Source of the DNA: Lama guanicoe
Lineage: Eukaryota
Length of the DNA: 64,000 nt
NCBI GenBank assembly: GCA_013239625.1
Contig: MU053379.1
Coordinates: forward strand, 4,705,639-4,769,638
Reading direction: 5' to 3'
Shown: piece after piece, positions 1 through 13,600 of the stretch
Numbering within the stretch: the first letter of the stretch is position 1
Layout: every line of letters starts with the position of its first letter
Notes under the pieces: model-generated
What the model was told of the DNA's origin: nothing
Databases searched by the model: none
What the model saw: only the letters and a program-made list of their open reading frames with translations
Made by a program: the position numbers and the translations under genes

Positions 1-199
1 CCACCACCACTACCACCACCACCACCACCACGACCATCTCCACCACCATCACCATCACCATCTCCACCACCACCACCACCACCACCACCATCTCCACCAC
101 TACCACCACCACAACCACCATTTCCTCCACCACCACCATCTCCACCATCACCATTTCCACCACCATCACCACCACCACCACCGTCATCTCCACCATCAC
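1..199. repeat. Degenerate (CAC/CCA)n trinucleotide low-complexity tract, truncated by the window start
   Basis: Continuous ccacca units with CAT, CTC and TAC interruptions are directly visible. Confidence 0.95.
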
Positions 200-322
200 A
201 GATTTTACAGATGAGGCAACTGAGGCACAGTGAGGACAGGAAAGTATCTCAAAGTCTCACAGCTTGGGAATGGCAGAGCCGGGATTTTAACTCATGTAGT
301 CTGGATCGAAGCCCACGCTCAT
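200..322 (-). mobile_element. MIR SINE fragment
   Basis: attttacagatgaggcaactgaggcacag...ggcagagccgggattttaactc matches the reverse MIR core (ttttacagatgaggaaactgaggcacag...ggcagagccgggatttgaaccc). Confidence 0.9.
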
Positions 323-2894
323 GCTGTGAGGTTGGGGGTCTGCAGTCTCCAAATCCTTTAGCCATTTGAGAGATTCTGTGCTGGGCCACAGCTAAGCTGC
401 TTTTGAGCTGGAGCTCTGCGGATGGAGCCCTTGGCAACTCTGGAGTGGTTGTCCCTCATGTGAACTTGGCACCGACCCACACCCATATGTCGGGGCCCAG
501 ACCCTCCTTCTGCTTGGAGCCCCCTTCCCCTGAAGCTGCCTCGCTGAGCTCCCCTCACCTTCAGTGACCCAGCAGTTTTCCATTGTCCGTGAAGGACTGT
601 CCAGGTTGGGCTGCTCAGAAGCAGGTGGCTTCCAGGGGTCGATCCAGAAAGTGCTCTAGGGGAGTGGGGGCTGTCATGGAACTTCTGCGGGACGGCAGGC
701 GCCAGGCGCTGGCTGAGGGATCTGCGGGGATTATTTCTCCAGCACATCCTCGGGCACCACAGAGGCGAGCCCACAGGGATGAGGGACGCGGGACGGTGGG
801 CAGGTCACACTGGGGGGGGGTACTGAGGGGCGGGCAGCACCTGCCCCCGCCGCGTGGTGCGTGCCCCCCACCCCAGCCACTCTCTGCTCTCCGGCCCTGC
901 CCTTTCCTCTGATTTCCGTCTGCCTGTCCAGCACCCACCTCCCACCTGGACTGAAGGCCCCTCAGGGCTGGGGGCCGTTCCCTCTATTTCTCCAGCACCC
1001 GCCCAGCGTCCGGCACAGACCACGTGCCCAGTAACTACCTGGAGAGTGACGTGATGTCAGGCCCGAGCGCTCATAAACCTCAACTCAGAAGCTGTCATTT
1101 ATGGAGGGATCTGCTTGAATAATTGGAAGGGAGCAACATTTTACACAAGCTGCCGGAACAAAAAGCAAATTGCTTCACGCAGTTAAGAAAATCACCCAGA
1201 AGAATTAAAATGCGTAACAAGGAAACGGAAGAGAAGGAGAAGACACTCCAGAGCCTGGAGTCCAGAAGGGAAGCAAGGTAAGAGCCAGGCTGCGTCACAG
1301 CTGGCGGGATGCCCGCCCCGTTCCGAACCAGCAGGAGTCGGGCAGGCACCTGGCACCCATCGGGGAAGGCGGCTCCGGCGTCGGCGAAGCAGGTGGCAGG
1401 GTGGATGGGAAGCGAGTGGTCATCCAGGTGCTCTGCCCACGCTGTCCTCGGTTATCACAGAATGGGGTCACACGCCCTCTTTGTACGTAAGGAATTTACA
1501 AGATCCAAATTTACACCAGACCCCAGTCCCGGGTTCTGGTGTCGGAGCTGTCCGGGAAAGGGGACGCTATGGGCAGGGAAGGTGGCCCTCAGGTCCTGTC
1601 CCTCTGCCTTCCTGCCTCGGGCAGCTGGCGAGGTGCAGACACCCGCGGGGCGCCTAGGCAGGCGGCATGGTGGCCGTCAGGGCCGCCCTCTGACACTCCT
1701 CTTTCTTCTCACAAGAACCGGACGGCACCGCACTGCCCCTTCCCATGTGACAAGTGTCGTCGTGGGCCTGGCTTTGGCCAGCAGAGCAGAAGAGCCGGTG
1801 ACACCTGGTGGGACTTCGGGGAGCAGGCTCACTGCCTCTGTCCCCGGGCCTATGGTGAGCAGAGTGTGGACCAGAGCCCCCCAGGGCTCACGGTGCCTCT
1901 CGGAACAGTAGTGCACACGGCTGGGTGTTGCGTTACTGTCTTGTCGCCGAGGTTGGGGTGATTTGTTGCCACAGCGGCCCCCAGACCGTCCCGATGGCTG
2001 CAGCATCAGGGGACCAGGAGACCCCTGACCGTGCCCTGGGCAAGGCGCACATGGGCCTGTGGGGCTGGGGGTTCTGCTTTGACAACTGTGAGTGCGAACT
2101 GAGACCGGAGGGTGGGGAGTCAGCGAGGAAAGGAGGGGGTGGGACCCTCACCGGCCTCTGCCTCGAGGCCTCCCCCCTCATAGGTGAGGACGAGCCGTGC
2201 TGACTTACACTGTGACACGATTTGCCAGGAGAGTTCAGCTGCAGAGTGAGAGGCACTTCCAGAGCAGGGGAGTCACATCATGTTTGACGGAATTGCTGCT
2301 AGAAAGTCTGCGAGGCGCCTCTTCCCAAAGAGTCCTTTCGGCCACGAGGAGAAATAAAATTTCTTGGAGCATCTTTAAATGCCAGCCATCTTCCTGTAAT
2401 GGTCGTAATGGTGTATCCGCCCGGCTTGGCGCCCCTGCAGGCTGGGAGTGGCCTGCCACGTGCGCGAGAACAATCTGCCCGCGACGGGGGGTCGGGGGTG
2501 GGCTCACAGAGAAGGCAGGGTCTCAGCCATCAGGGCCGGCTGGGCAGGTGCCTCCGGAAAAGACACCTGTGTCATTCTGAGAGCATCACACGCGCTGACA
2601 ATAACCTTCACAATCCCCAATGTGTTTCACAGGCCGAGCCTCCTAGAAGGAGGAGGCACACTTGGTCCCAGGCATCGACACCAGCGGCCCGGCCCCCGCA
2701 GACGCGGACTCTCGCACCCGCCGGGCTCCATGCTCCGGGGTCCTCGGGCACACCTGACGCTCTTCAGAGAATGACCCACACCTCCTTCTCTTACACTGAG
2801 AGACTGAATTTCAGTGTTCCCATGGTGACCACACCTGGGGAAGCGGCTGGTGTGGCCGAGCAGGAAGGGGGTCTTTGAGTTTCTGGGGCGGACG

Positions 2895-3236
2895 GGCGGC
2901 TCAGACAGCAGGGGTCTGTGTGTCACAGTCCGGAGGCTGGAGTCTGAGGTCCAGGGGCCGGCGGGGCTGGCTCCTTCCCAGGGCCATGAGGGGGGACCTG
3001 CCCGGCCCTCTTCCGAGGCCGGCTCCCCACTGTCTCCACGTCGCCTTCCCTCCTTGTGTGTCTGTCCCTGCACCTAATTCCCCTTTCCACAAGGACGTCA
3101 GTCGTACCAGGTCAGCGCCCACCCCGATGACCTCAGGTTAAGTTGACTCTGTCTGTAAAGACCCGGTCTCCAAACACGGTCACGCTCGGGACTGGGGGCG
3201 AGGGCTCAGCACGTGAGCTGGCAGCGGGGCCGTAAC
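2895..3236 (-). mobile_element. MLT1 (ERVL-MaLR) solo LTR, MLT1B/C-like
   Basis: Motifs tcacagtccggaggctgg, aaggacgtcagtc, cccaccccgatgacctca, tctccaaacacggtcac and the terminal gccgtaaca follow the reverse MLT1 consensus order. Confidence 0.85.
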
Positions 3237-3489
3237 ACAGGGAAAGGACCTGGGGAGACCCGTCCGCCCCGAGACCCAGCTGTGCCCGCGATTCTGCCAC
3301 GCTCTGGGCAAGGGATTTCGCTCTCCAGTCTTCAAAGTTTTCTTCTGCAAACTGACATGGAATTTTTTTATCAGTCTCAAAATGGTTCCTCACATGGTCT
3401 CTTTCTACAAAGATGAGCTTGCCAACATTCACTCCTTCTTGCCTCCAACTTGAGTTGTTGTTGCGTCTTAGTATTTGGTCTTCTGTAGA

Positions 3490-3790
3490 CACCTTTCAGA
3501 CGCAATTACATAAACACGCCCCGACCTCCCCTGAGCTGCAGGCCAGCGCTTCCAGCTCCCTGCTGTCCGGCCCGCTGCCGAAGGTTAAGCCAAGTTCAAG
3601 GCGCCCGCAGATGAGCTCTTTATCTCGCTCAATGGCGTCCTCACCAGCCCGGTGTTCAGAACGGGGGCTGCACCGCCCGGTTCTCACACCGCCTGGCAGA
3701 TTCGGCCTCTCATGTCCTGTGTCCCTCGGGCCCTGGTCGCTGGCCTGACCGCGGGGCTCGCCGCGCCGAGCTCACGCTGTTCGCGCTGCT
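3490..3790 (+). mobile_element. Degraded L2 fragment
   Basis: ccgacctcccctgagctgcaggcc...ttccagctccctgctg resembles L2 (ccagacctctcccctgagctccagacc...tccaactgcctactg). Confidence 0.45.
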
Positions 3791-6700
3791 CTGGCCCAGC
3801 GTCCTGGGTCTCTGCTGCCTTTAAGATGTTTTGTTGGCCTTAATTTTTTAAAAAGTCACAGAAAAGTGTAGCAGACGCGCATGCACCCGCCCCGAGAATC
3901 GCCGGGGCTGGCGTCCATCCAATCACTGCCACTAAAGCGGCTGAACCAGGCACAGCCCCCGGCGACACGCAGGCCCGGCCGCCCCCCGGCCCCGCCCGTC
4001 AGTCCAGGGCAGCCGTGCACCTCCCAGCACCACGGCCTCCCCCGTCTCTGCTTGCGTTTTGGGTTAGAGGTTTCCCTTGCTACCTGGTACCCTCGGCTGC
4101 ATGCTCCTTTTATTAGGAAGAGGAAGAGGAAAAATGGTTGGGAGCCCCCAGTCCTGAGGGAGCCCTGAGGTTAGCATGATTATGGTTTCCCCTTGGTGGC
4201 TGAGTTCCTCAGGAAACTTCCTGCCCGGGGAGAGGGAGGCCTGGCCGCCGCCCGGGGAGAGGGGCCGGGGGCTCTGCGCGGCCGTCTCCTCCGTCCGTGC
4301 GGGCTCGGCCCCGAGCCCCCGGCGCACGCTGCCCGCACCCCTCGAGCCCCGGGCAGGGCCTGGGGCCGGCCGCGTCTCGCCCCACTTGCGCTCAGGCCTG
4401 CTTGCACGGTTTCTCCTCCCCTCCCGAGGGGACCGGCCCCACCAGCCCGTGCTGTGAGCTGTGCTGTCCCCCCTTTTCCCACTTCTGTCCGGAAGCCAGT
4501 TTCCCACAGAGGGAGCCAGTTGCTCGCACCCACTTTCTTCCCAGTTCCCGGGATCTCCTGCTGGGGTCTCTCCTCCTGCTCAGCCTTGCGGATTCATTTG
4601 TTTTAAGACACTGCATCTGTCCTCAGGTCAGTGGGGACTCAGGGGGACCACGATCAGACGCCTGTTTGCAGGCTACCGTTTCAACCCAGAATTTGGTTTA
4701 TTTTCTTAGACAAATGGCAGGCCACGCCTCTCGGCCCCGGGATCACTAATTCTCACTCACGTCTGGGGGCGGCGGGGGCTGGCCGAGGGGCGTGGTTCTG
4801 AGCTGCCAGTCGGCCCCGGGTCGGCACCTCTGTGTCCCCGCCCCTCGGAGCGGGGGCCCCCCAGGGCGTGTTCCGGGGGGGGCAGCAGAGTGTGCGCGCC
4901 ATGTCCAGCCTTTGATGGCGCCACGTCTGCTTACACCCCACTGGCCAGCCCAGCGTCCCAACTCTGGTGGGGGTCCCTGCAAAGCCACACAGTGAGGGGG
5001 CGAGGACTGGGGCCCGCGACACCGCTGCCTGGGAGCATCACCCCCGCCTGCTGCCGACCTCCGACGGTTGCCCACTTGTCTCCCCCGAACTCGATCCAAG
5101 GAACGTTTCCCTGCTGTTTATCATAGCTGCTGCATCCTAGCCAGTAAGTCTGGCATGAATAATACGTCTTGGGATCAAGAAATTTTGAGAAACGCTTTGC
5201 TTAGCAAAGTGAGACCTGCTTGCTTCCTGCGGAGCACTGAAAGCCGCTGGCCTGCGGGGCAGCCCTGTGACCCCAGGGGCAGGCCCAGGACACAGCGCTT
5301 CTCACACCCGGGGCACACCTTCTCTCCTTGAACTGCCAGACGGTCCTGTGCTCCAGGAGAGTCCTCGGTGGTGAGGGCTGGTGCTGAGTTGTGAAGCCAT
5401 CGTCTGGAAGGCAAGGAAGGCTCGTGACACGGCCCCGTCCCCTGCGCCGTGTCGTCCTCACCCTCCCACATCGCCTGCCTCGGTCACCGCGCCCCCCGCC
5501 AGGCAGTCCGCCCAGCCTCACCCACTCACGTCTTCTTGTCACTTTCTCCGACCACAGCTGCCTCCTCCCTTCCCCTTCTGTCTCCATGTGACAAGGGGGC
5601 ACCCTCACTGGAAAAGCAGAGGGGCCATGGCAGGAGGGGAGGGCAGGCGGGAAAGGAGGGTGGGGTCTCCCGGCCCAGGTTTGGCTGTGCGTCCACATCA
5701 CTCCTGGTTGGGAGCTGGGAAGCCCTTTTTCTACAGGGAGGTGCCAGGTACCAGCACGGGGCAGAGGGCGTTCTCACTGCTGGTGGTCTGTCCCTGGGGA
5801 CTCCGCACCTCCCGGGGCCCTGGGGGAACCAGGCATTGGTTCCCTGAGGGTCTCCACCTTCCATCTGTGCCTCCACGTCTGAAGGTGAGTCACTGGAAAG
5901 CAGGTGCCCAGCCTCCCACGTGCAGAGAGACAGGGGGAGCCTCACATCCGTGTCTGAGCCTGGGGGCTTTGGGATGGAGGCCCTGGGGACTAGAGCTCGG
6001 GTTCTGAAGTCGCTCAGAGGCAAAGGAAACCTCTATGCTCCCTGGGCGCGTGGAGAATGGGCAGTGGCCGGACACCCTCGAGGACAGTGGTTCCTGGGCA
6101 GCAGTTGCATTGTTGCAGCTGCCGCTGTCCGCCCTGCCCCTGGGAGGGCCACTCCGTGGACACCAGCACCACCCCAGCCAGTGCCCAGGGCCCGAAGTGT
6201 GGCCAAAACCCTCCTGAGGGTCCACCCATGACCTCAGTGCTGTGGCCCCCGGCCCCGCTGTCACCAGGCCCTGCCCACTTCCAGCCCGACACGTCCCAGG
6301 TCCCAGCCTGCTCCAGGGACACATTCAAGATGCTGTCTACACGGGTATTTCTGGCTGGAACATTCAGGGCGCAGAGCGGCAATTTACTAACTAGGTCCTG
6401 TGACGTCCATGGTTGCCCTCTGGGTTCTGGTCTCCTGGGAGACGTTCCTTCCTGGGTCCTGGGTCTGTAATTAAGTGTTCACGTCAAGCGAATCCTGACT
6501 TCTGCTTTCTGGACCCGTCGGGTGGACTGGCGTAAGGAGCGCGTGAGGGTGACCCATGAACTGGGTCAGCTTTGCCTTTCACGGTGTGTGTGTGACTGTA
6601 ACACGGCGACAATGTGGACACCACTCGCTCGGTGAGCTCTGGGGTGCGTGCCTTTGGAATAACGCTGAGAGGTACACACGTGCCCCATGGCACCCTTAGC

Positions 6701-8039
6701 TTTCCAGGCTCCAGCTGCCAGGGGTCAGTGTCCAGTCTGGGTCTCGCTTTTGTGGTTCTGTGTATCATTTTCCCTTCGTGTTCAAACGTGTGAACGTAAT
6801 CACACGCAGCTTTCTTCCAAGCGCAGACACTCTGTGAAGGGCATGCTGGGGGTTCTCGACACTCGGACTCCTGGACCCCGTCCCAGACCCGCTGCATCCA
6901 GGTCCCGGGACGAGCATGTGTCTTGACCGACCCCGCTGTGTCGCCGTCGCTGTGACTCCGCCCCCTCCCATCTCCCGCCAAGAGATGCTGCTGCCATTGG
7001 GTTTTATTGGGGAAGAAGCAACAGAAAAGGAAGGTCAACACAGCACAACACGTTTCCATGCGGGACGGGGGGCTCTCCCTCCCACCAGGAGAGCCGTGTC
7101 TGAGCGTCCCCCCGCAGACTGCCCCTCCCGGGGGCAGCGCCCGCGTCTGCTGGGCCGGCCGTGGAGGCCGCCCGCGGGGTTCATGCTGTCCTTCCCAGTA
7201 GGAGATTCCTCTTGTCCCCCCAACTCAACTCTTATTTACGGAGCACCTGTAATATGTCAAGTTGCTCACTAGGCCTTTGTGTCGGTTCATTTTCCACTTG
7301 AACAACTTAAAACACGTGTTTGAATAAAGCAGAAGGCAGTGGAGTGTTTACTCAGAAAAACAGCATTTTTCCATCCGATAAATTATACATTCCTCATAGA
7401 ACATCGAGCCCCAAACGACAGCCTCAGTAAAACTGATTGCTTCCCTGCACTGCAGGAATTAAAACAAAACTGCATCAACAGCAACATGATGACGGACCCC
7501 CCCCCCCCGCCCACCGTGCGAGCCACGTCTGCGCAGGTGGCTTGAAAAGATGCCTCCATGGTGAGCTGCAGGTGCCGCTCCCAACTCGGACCGGGGACAC
7601 AGAGGGCAGGGTGAGCAGAGGCACGATGCAGCCGATGGTCCAATGACGCCGCGGCTGGCCTCCCCAGGCGCCCCTCCCGCCCGTCCTCAGCACCGCACAG
7701 CCCCCGCCGGCAGCCCGGGGGTCCCTGGGCTCACTTCAGAGCCAAGCAAGCTGGCCCTCGAGGGAAGCAGGAAGGAAGGGTGGGGGGCGGAGTGAGGACT
7801 TGACCCGCCAAGGACTGCACCCTGCGCTGTGCGCTGGGGACGCCACCACAGCCACCACAGGAAGAGCTGGTGTCCCCTGCCCGTGCTGACCACAGAGAGG
7901 CGACTGGAAAACAAACCTCATGAAGGGAGTTTAAGCCAGCACGTGACCGCTGACCACCTCAGACACAGCCACGTGTCTGCACGAACGCCGGAGCAGCGGA
8001 ATCGCGCACCCCGTGCCGTCGGTCATCTCTGGGGACACA

Positions 8040-8560
8040 GCTTCCCTGAGAATTCACCCAAACGGGTACACACGGCAGCGGTCGCTCCTCTTCTCGCTGG
8101 GCAGGGATCCACGGAGTCCTGGCACCGCCGTCTGCTCGGACACTCACCGGCTGACCGCCTGACATCTGGCTGCTCCCAGTTTGGAGGTGCCGCGAGGAAA
8201 GGAAGGCTGCACAGACGTACATGGACAGATGTCCTTGGAGCATAAATTTTCACCTTTCTGGGGTAGATGCCCAAGAGTGCCACTGTTGATCACATGTAAG
8301 TGGTGTGTCCGGCTTTATAAGAACCCGCCAAGCAGCTTTCTGGGGCGGCCGCTTCGTTTTCCATCCCCACCAGCCACGCACGAGTGTCCCCGTTTCCAGC
8401 GTCCCCGTCTGACGTGATGCCGTCGCTGCCTTTGTTCCAGCTGCTCTGCATCATGATGTCTCCCTGTGGTTTTACTGGCGCTTTCCTATGGCTCACAGTG
8501 CTGAACACCTTCTCACGTGCTGTTTCGTAGTCTATGAATCCTCTTTTGCAAAGTCTCTCC
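8040..8560 (-). mobile_element. Old L1 (L1M) fragment, ORF2 end / 3' region
   Basis: tttctggggtagatgcccaagagtg, ccatccccaccagc, ctgtggttttactggcgctttcctatggc...tgctgaacaccttctcacgtgc and tcttttgcaaagt match antisense L1M motifs. Confidence 0.8.
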
Positions 8561-10209
8561 CTAAAGGTAAAGGGATGAAAACTAACTTGGGCATCCAAGG
8601 GACTGAAACGCCTGCCTTTGCAGACACCTGCCGCGAGCTCCTGGGCAGCATTTACCTAGGTCCTTGTATCTCTCTGTAAAGTGTTTCAAAACCCCAGTAA
8701 CTTTCTTGTGAAAGGTTGCATTTTCCTGCTTTTAAAATGTCTACAAACGTTACTTCTACTTAAAAAAAAAAAAAAGACCACCCACAGCGTTTGATCCTGG
8801 ACTGGGATGGTGACAGCCTTTCCGGCCACTCCAGAGCCTGTGCCCAGGGTTGGGTGAGGCTGCCCCCAGACGGGTGAGAAGACAGACTTGGTCTGATTTA
8901 GGGGAGAGGGGCGGAGGGGGTGGGGGTGATTGAAAATGCAGTTTGACCCAAAGGGTTTAACCCTGGAGAGCTCCGGAAGCCCAAGGCTTGGCTTCGCCTC
9001 AGAGCCGTGCATCTGTGTGTTCCGTGTCCCGGGATGGAGAGAGGGGACCGGAGCAGCAGGCTGGCTCAGGCCAAGGGCCTGTCCCTTTAAGGAAAGGTTT
9101 CCCACAGTAGATTCAGGGACTCAGTGGCTGCAGGCCTGCGTGGGCCCCTCTGCACCCTCCCTCCCGCCCCACCCGCCCTGCGCACATCAGCACGTTCACG
9201 GTCCCAGAAGTCCTTCATCAACACCCCCGGCTCCCTTTTCCTGAACTGACCCGTCCAGGACTCCACATCACCACGGCCCTGGGGCGGCAAATGCTGCCCA
9301 GTTTCACCGACTTCACCGACGCTGCGGAGGGCTACGCGCAGGGGGGTCAGGCTCCTGCTCAGAGGCCCCCCCACCCACGTGCAGGGCTGGCTGCGCCGCG
9401 GGGGCACGGTGGCGTCCAGGGCGCCAGGAGCGGGGGGTCAAGCCTGGGTTGCCAGCTCTGCTGGGAGAGCCCCCCACCCTCTCTGCACCCCCGTCTCCTC
9501 CTCCACAAAGGGGGTGCAGTACAGGTGTCCGTGAGGATGGCAGGACTCAGGTCGAGGCCTCCCAGCACTTACTGCCTGGAGTGAGTAAACAGTGCTTCCT
9601 TCACGTGCAGGAGCACCGAGGCCCAACGGCAGTTCCGCTCTGGGGTCCCCTCCCCGGTGGCAGAGAGACTCTGGGGGGCTCAGCTCAAGGCTCCCGCTGC
9701 GGGTCACAGTCAGTCCTCGGCGTCCCAGGTGATCTTGGCTGCGGGTGTCAAGGAGGGCAGCGGCGGAGGGCTGATCTGGCCACGTCGAGGCTGAAAACTG
9801 TGCGTTATGTGGGAAATTCAAGTTTCCTTCCATATCACGTGAAATGATTCTCTGTGTTGGGGCGAGCTGATAGGTATTTCCAGTGCAAATAGCACGATAC
9901 CGGGTAAGTGACTGACGACCTCTTGAAGCACGAGTTCCCACGGGAAGCAGCATGGCTCCAGCTCTCTGCCTCCTTCTCAGCTCAGGAAGGATCACGTGCG
10001 GAGACCCCGACCTCCTGAGCTGGAGGAGAGCCCGGTCTGGGCTCTGCCCTGCAGGGAGGCTGCCGTCTGAGGGCCCCTCCGTCCCGCATTTCATGCTCTC
10101 CTCAGAGTGACCAACAGCCTCTGCTTTACGCCTGGGGAGAAGCTTCTTGGACTTGAAGCCTGGAATTGTCACCTATAAAGAGGCGTGTTTTTAATTCCAG
10201 ATGTCAGCT

Positions 10210-10410
10210 CCATCTGTCCATCTACCTGCCCAACCACCAGGTACTCACCATCCATCCATCCGTCCTTCCTTCTTTCCTTCCGTCTACCAGTCTTCCACCC
10301 ACCCACCCACCCAACAGCTGTAGCTGTGTGTCTGCTGCCACCGTGAGCCCTGCCAGAGGTGCTGCTGTGGGAGGGGTGAGTAGAGGGGAGACACAGCCCG
10401 ACAGGTGGAG
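10210..10410 (-). mobile_element. L2 3' end with (CCAT/CCAC)n tail
   Basis: A catccatccatcc/cccacccaccc tail is followed by caacagctgtagctgtgtgtctgc...gccctgccagaggtgctg, like the antisense L2 terminus. Confidence 0.5.
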
Positions 10411-10431
10411 GGTAAGAGCCAGCTTTCCAAG

Positions 10432-10610
10432 GCAGGTCTCACCCAAGCCTACTCGGGCGATCTGGCCCCCGGACCCCTGGCACTACCTGGAGGCACGTCT
10501 GTTGTCATGACCGAAGAGGTGCTCGGGGTCTTATTCTACAAGGCACCGACAGCCCACGGCAAGGAATGCTCCGGCCTCACACGCCTGCAGCTCCAAGGCT
10601 GAGCCCCGCC
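10432..10610. mobile_element. MER20-like hAT-Charlie DNA transposon remnant
   Basis: gggcgatctggcccc...ctggaggcacgtctgttgtca...ctacaaggcaccgacagccc...aaggaatgctccggcc...aaggctgag follows the MER20 consensus. Confidence 0.7.
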
Positions 10611-13600
10611 CTGAGTGACAGCTGAGCAGTCAGACGGGGGGCGGGGCAAGGGGAGCTCTGTGTCCAGAACGTGTGCCCACTGTCAGGAGCCTCTGGGAGT
10701 GGGATGAAGAGATGGAAGATGCGAGCCGCCCTAAGTAGGGGAGGGCTGTGATCCGACTGTGTTTTCAACATTGAAGCCGCTCTGGCTGTGGGGGCCGCGG
10801 GGTGAAGGGTGCCTGGAGGCAGAGGGTTGGGGGCCGGAGCCGGGCCTGCAGGGGTGGGGGGGCGCTGGAGGACGTCCCTGCGTCACAGAGTAGACACTAC
10901 CCTTCCCATCTTTGAGCATCTGGCAGGACGCACATCTCTCTTCTGGGGTCTTTCATTAATTCTCTGTCATTGACGTATTTTCCAAAACTAGACCAGATAC
11001 AATAGCGAGGACCTCAGCTGAGAACGCGAGTCTGGCGGCGCCTGGTGGGCGGAGGCCCGACTCTGCCCGCCATCAGAAATGCTGCCCGATTACCCCGCCG
11101 CAGCGGGAGGGCACGCTCAGGGCGGCGCCCCCGGAACCGGGGCGGCGGGGTCCACGCCAGGAGCGGCCCCTTCGCCGGGACTCCAGGCCAGCGCACTTCC
11201 CCGCCCACAGCTCTGACTCACCAGGTGGGAGATTTAATTGAACCCAAAGAAAAACCGACTTCCCCTTTTAATTCCAATCGGAACTTTCAGCTGGAGAGCC
11301 CTGAGAGGTGAACTTCACTCCCTGTTTATCGCAGGAAAAGGAAAACTAATATAATTAAACAGTCACCACCGTACGCGGCTCTGAAACGCCGTCCTGAGTC
11401 GCAGCGCGGGCAGCGCCGCCCTCGGCGGCCACGCTGCGGCGGCTTCTGCTTCCGCCTCCCCTGCAGCCGTTTTTCTTTAACATATTTACCTTGACTGACC
11501 GTGTGTGTCGTTGTCAAGGACGCTGGAAGCTAGCTCTGTGTGGTTGCTGCCGACCTCGGCGTTAAACGCGACTGACCTCCGCCCCCAACAGAGCGTCACC
11601 TCACTTCTCCTTTAAAGAATGAAAGCAGCACCTGCATCACGGGACGCAGCCTGCGCCGCGGCGCGAGGGCGCACGGCCGTCCACGCTAACGCTCTCTGTC
11701 CACGCGATTTGCACACTCTTGTAAAATCGGGCAGGCTTCATAAAGGAACTTGGCTCTGGCTGGTAAATGAGGTTGCCAGGGGAGTGAAATTATAAAGGAC
11801 AGAAAAAATTAGTCTTTCTCAGGCTAAGAAAAATCTCTCCGTAATTAAGAGGTTTCCATTTCTCCTTCCCAAATTCAGATTAGAGTTTGTACCTTGAAAG
11901 ATACCTCTTGGGCAGACGTGAAAACTGACCAGAGCGGCTGTGTAGGAACCCCCTGGGGAGGTCAGGAGGCACAGCAGACTTGCGCAGAGACAGAGGTGTG
12001 CAGGGCAGTCCTCTTCGGAAATTCCACAGCCTGTGGCTTGTCACTGAAAGGGCACATCTTACTTCATTCAGGTTGTAGCGCTTTGAACCCTCCTTTCCAG
12101 AGAGCAGGCAATCCCAGGCCGGGGATCTGAGCCATCGTGTTCATTTCTTCAGGAACAAACATGACGCCGAACTGGAGAATCCTACTTCGTGACTGGACTC
12201 GGCATTCGAGTCCTGGAGCCCATCTATAGCTGGCCAGGCTGGCCGAAAAAGCCCTTTGGAAGAGACGAGACACGAGGTGTCCCACGGGCAGGAGGGGCAC
12301 ACGCGTCGTCTGTGATGTGGGACGTGTGCGCGTGTCTGTGTTGGGGGGCAGTGGGGGAGGGTACGGCTTACCCTGGGAAGTTGGGCTGGGGGCGTCGTGA
12401 GGGATGTGGAGGCCTTGATGAGGACTGCATTCCACCTGGACCAGGGCAGGGCAGAAATTGGACCCCACCGACCTTTGACACCAGCAGAACCCGGGGGAGA
12501 ATGGGAGGGTCTGGTTGGGGGTTGGAGGCTGCTGAGCAGTTTCTGCTGGGGACTGAGGGGGTCAGGGCGGTCGGGTGCAGGGTGGGTATGGGGACCCTCT
12601 GTGGACGGAGGCAGTAACGGCTCTCGGGTTTCCCCGCGTCCCTGGGGGCATCTCAGCTTCTGTCATCAACCACGTCCCACTCTGTCCGTCATTCTGTCCA
12701 AGCCCATCCAGGGATGTCTCCGAAAGCAAGGAGGGGGCAGATTACTGTTCATGTGTAGATGGCGTGTCCTCTTCCTCATCAGACGTCCACCCTGCTCGGT
12801 CCTCGTGTCACTTCACACGTCTGCTCTCTGGCACACCAGGTTTGGGGACCCATCCCTGACTGTCTGCCAGCACCTGATGGAAGCGGCCCCTCCACACACA
12901 CCCCCAGCCATGGTCCAGCCCTTTGTGGTGGACTGCCTCGTGCCCTGAAGGGCAGAGCCCGGCTGCCAGGCCCGGCGGGGCCACCCTCTCCTGCCCACTT
13001 CTGGCCCGACTGGGACGGACAGGCCCAGGCCCCCCCGCCGCCCGCCTCCCTCCTGCAGCGCACCTGGTCCCCACCTGCCCTGTGCGCTTCTCCTGCCCGA
13101 GCCCGCCGTCCCCGGCCCCCCCAGGACCACCCCGAAAGCTGCGAGTAGCTAAAGAAGGCTGTTAACTTCCCCTCACTCGGTACTGGTTCTGGTGACGCGC
13201 CCCTCGTCGCTGCCATTTTGCCTGTGGCTGCGATCCCGACAGAGTCCTCACAGGAACACACAAACCGGTGCCTGTGTCCTTTCATTCGGATGCTTGAACC
13301 TCACGGGCCTTTAACACACCCGCACACAAACCAGGTCGCCTTCCTGCTTCTCCTCGGACTAAGCCGCGCGCGTACTGAGCATCAGGGCCGTCCCGCTTCC
13401 CCGGTCGCCCACGAGGGGCTCTAGCGCAGCCAGGCAGCCGGCCGCGAGGAGGGGCTCCTGCTCGCACTCCCTGGGTCTCTGCAAAGGCGAACGCTTCCCC
13501 ACTGCGCCTTCGTGTCCAGCCGACCCAGGATGCAAGAGTGGGTCCAGTGTCTCATCTTAGCGCCTTCCTCGCGTGGAATTCACGGGGGCGGAGTGACTGC

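Noticed and set aside
1-199. Poly-His/Thr/Pro coding region
   Set aside because: It is a simple repeat running into a MIR, with no splice or ORF context.
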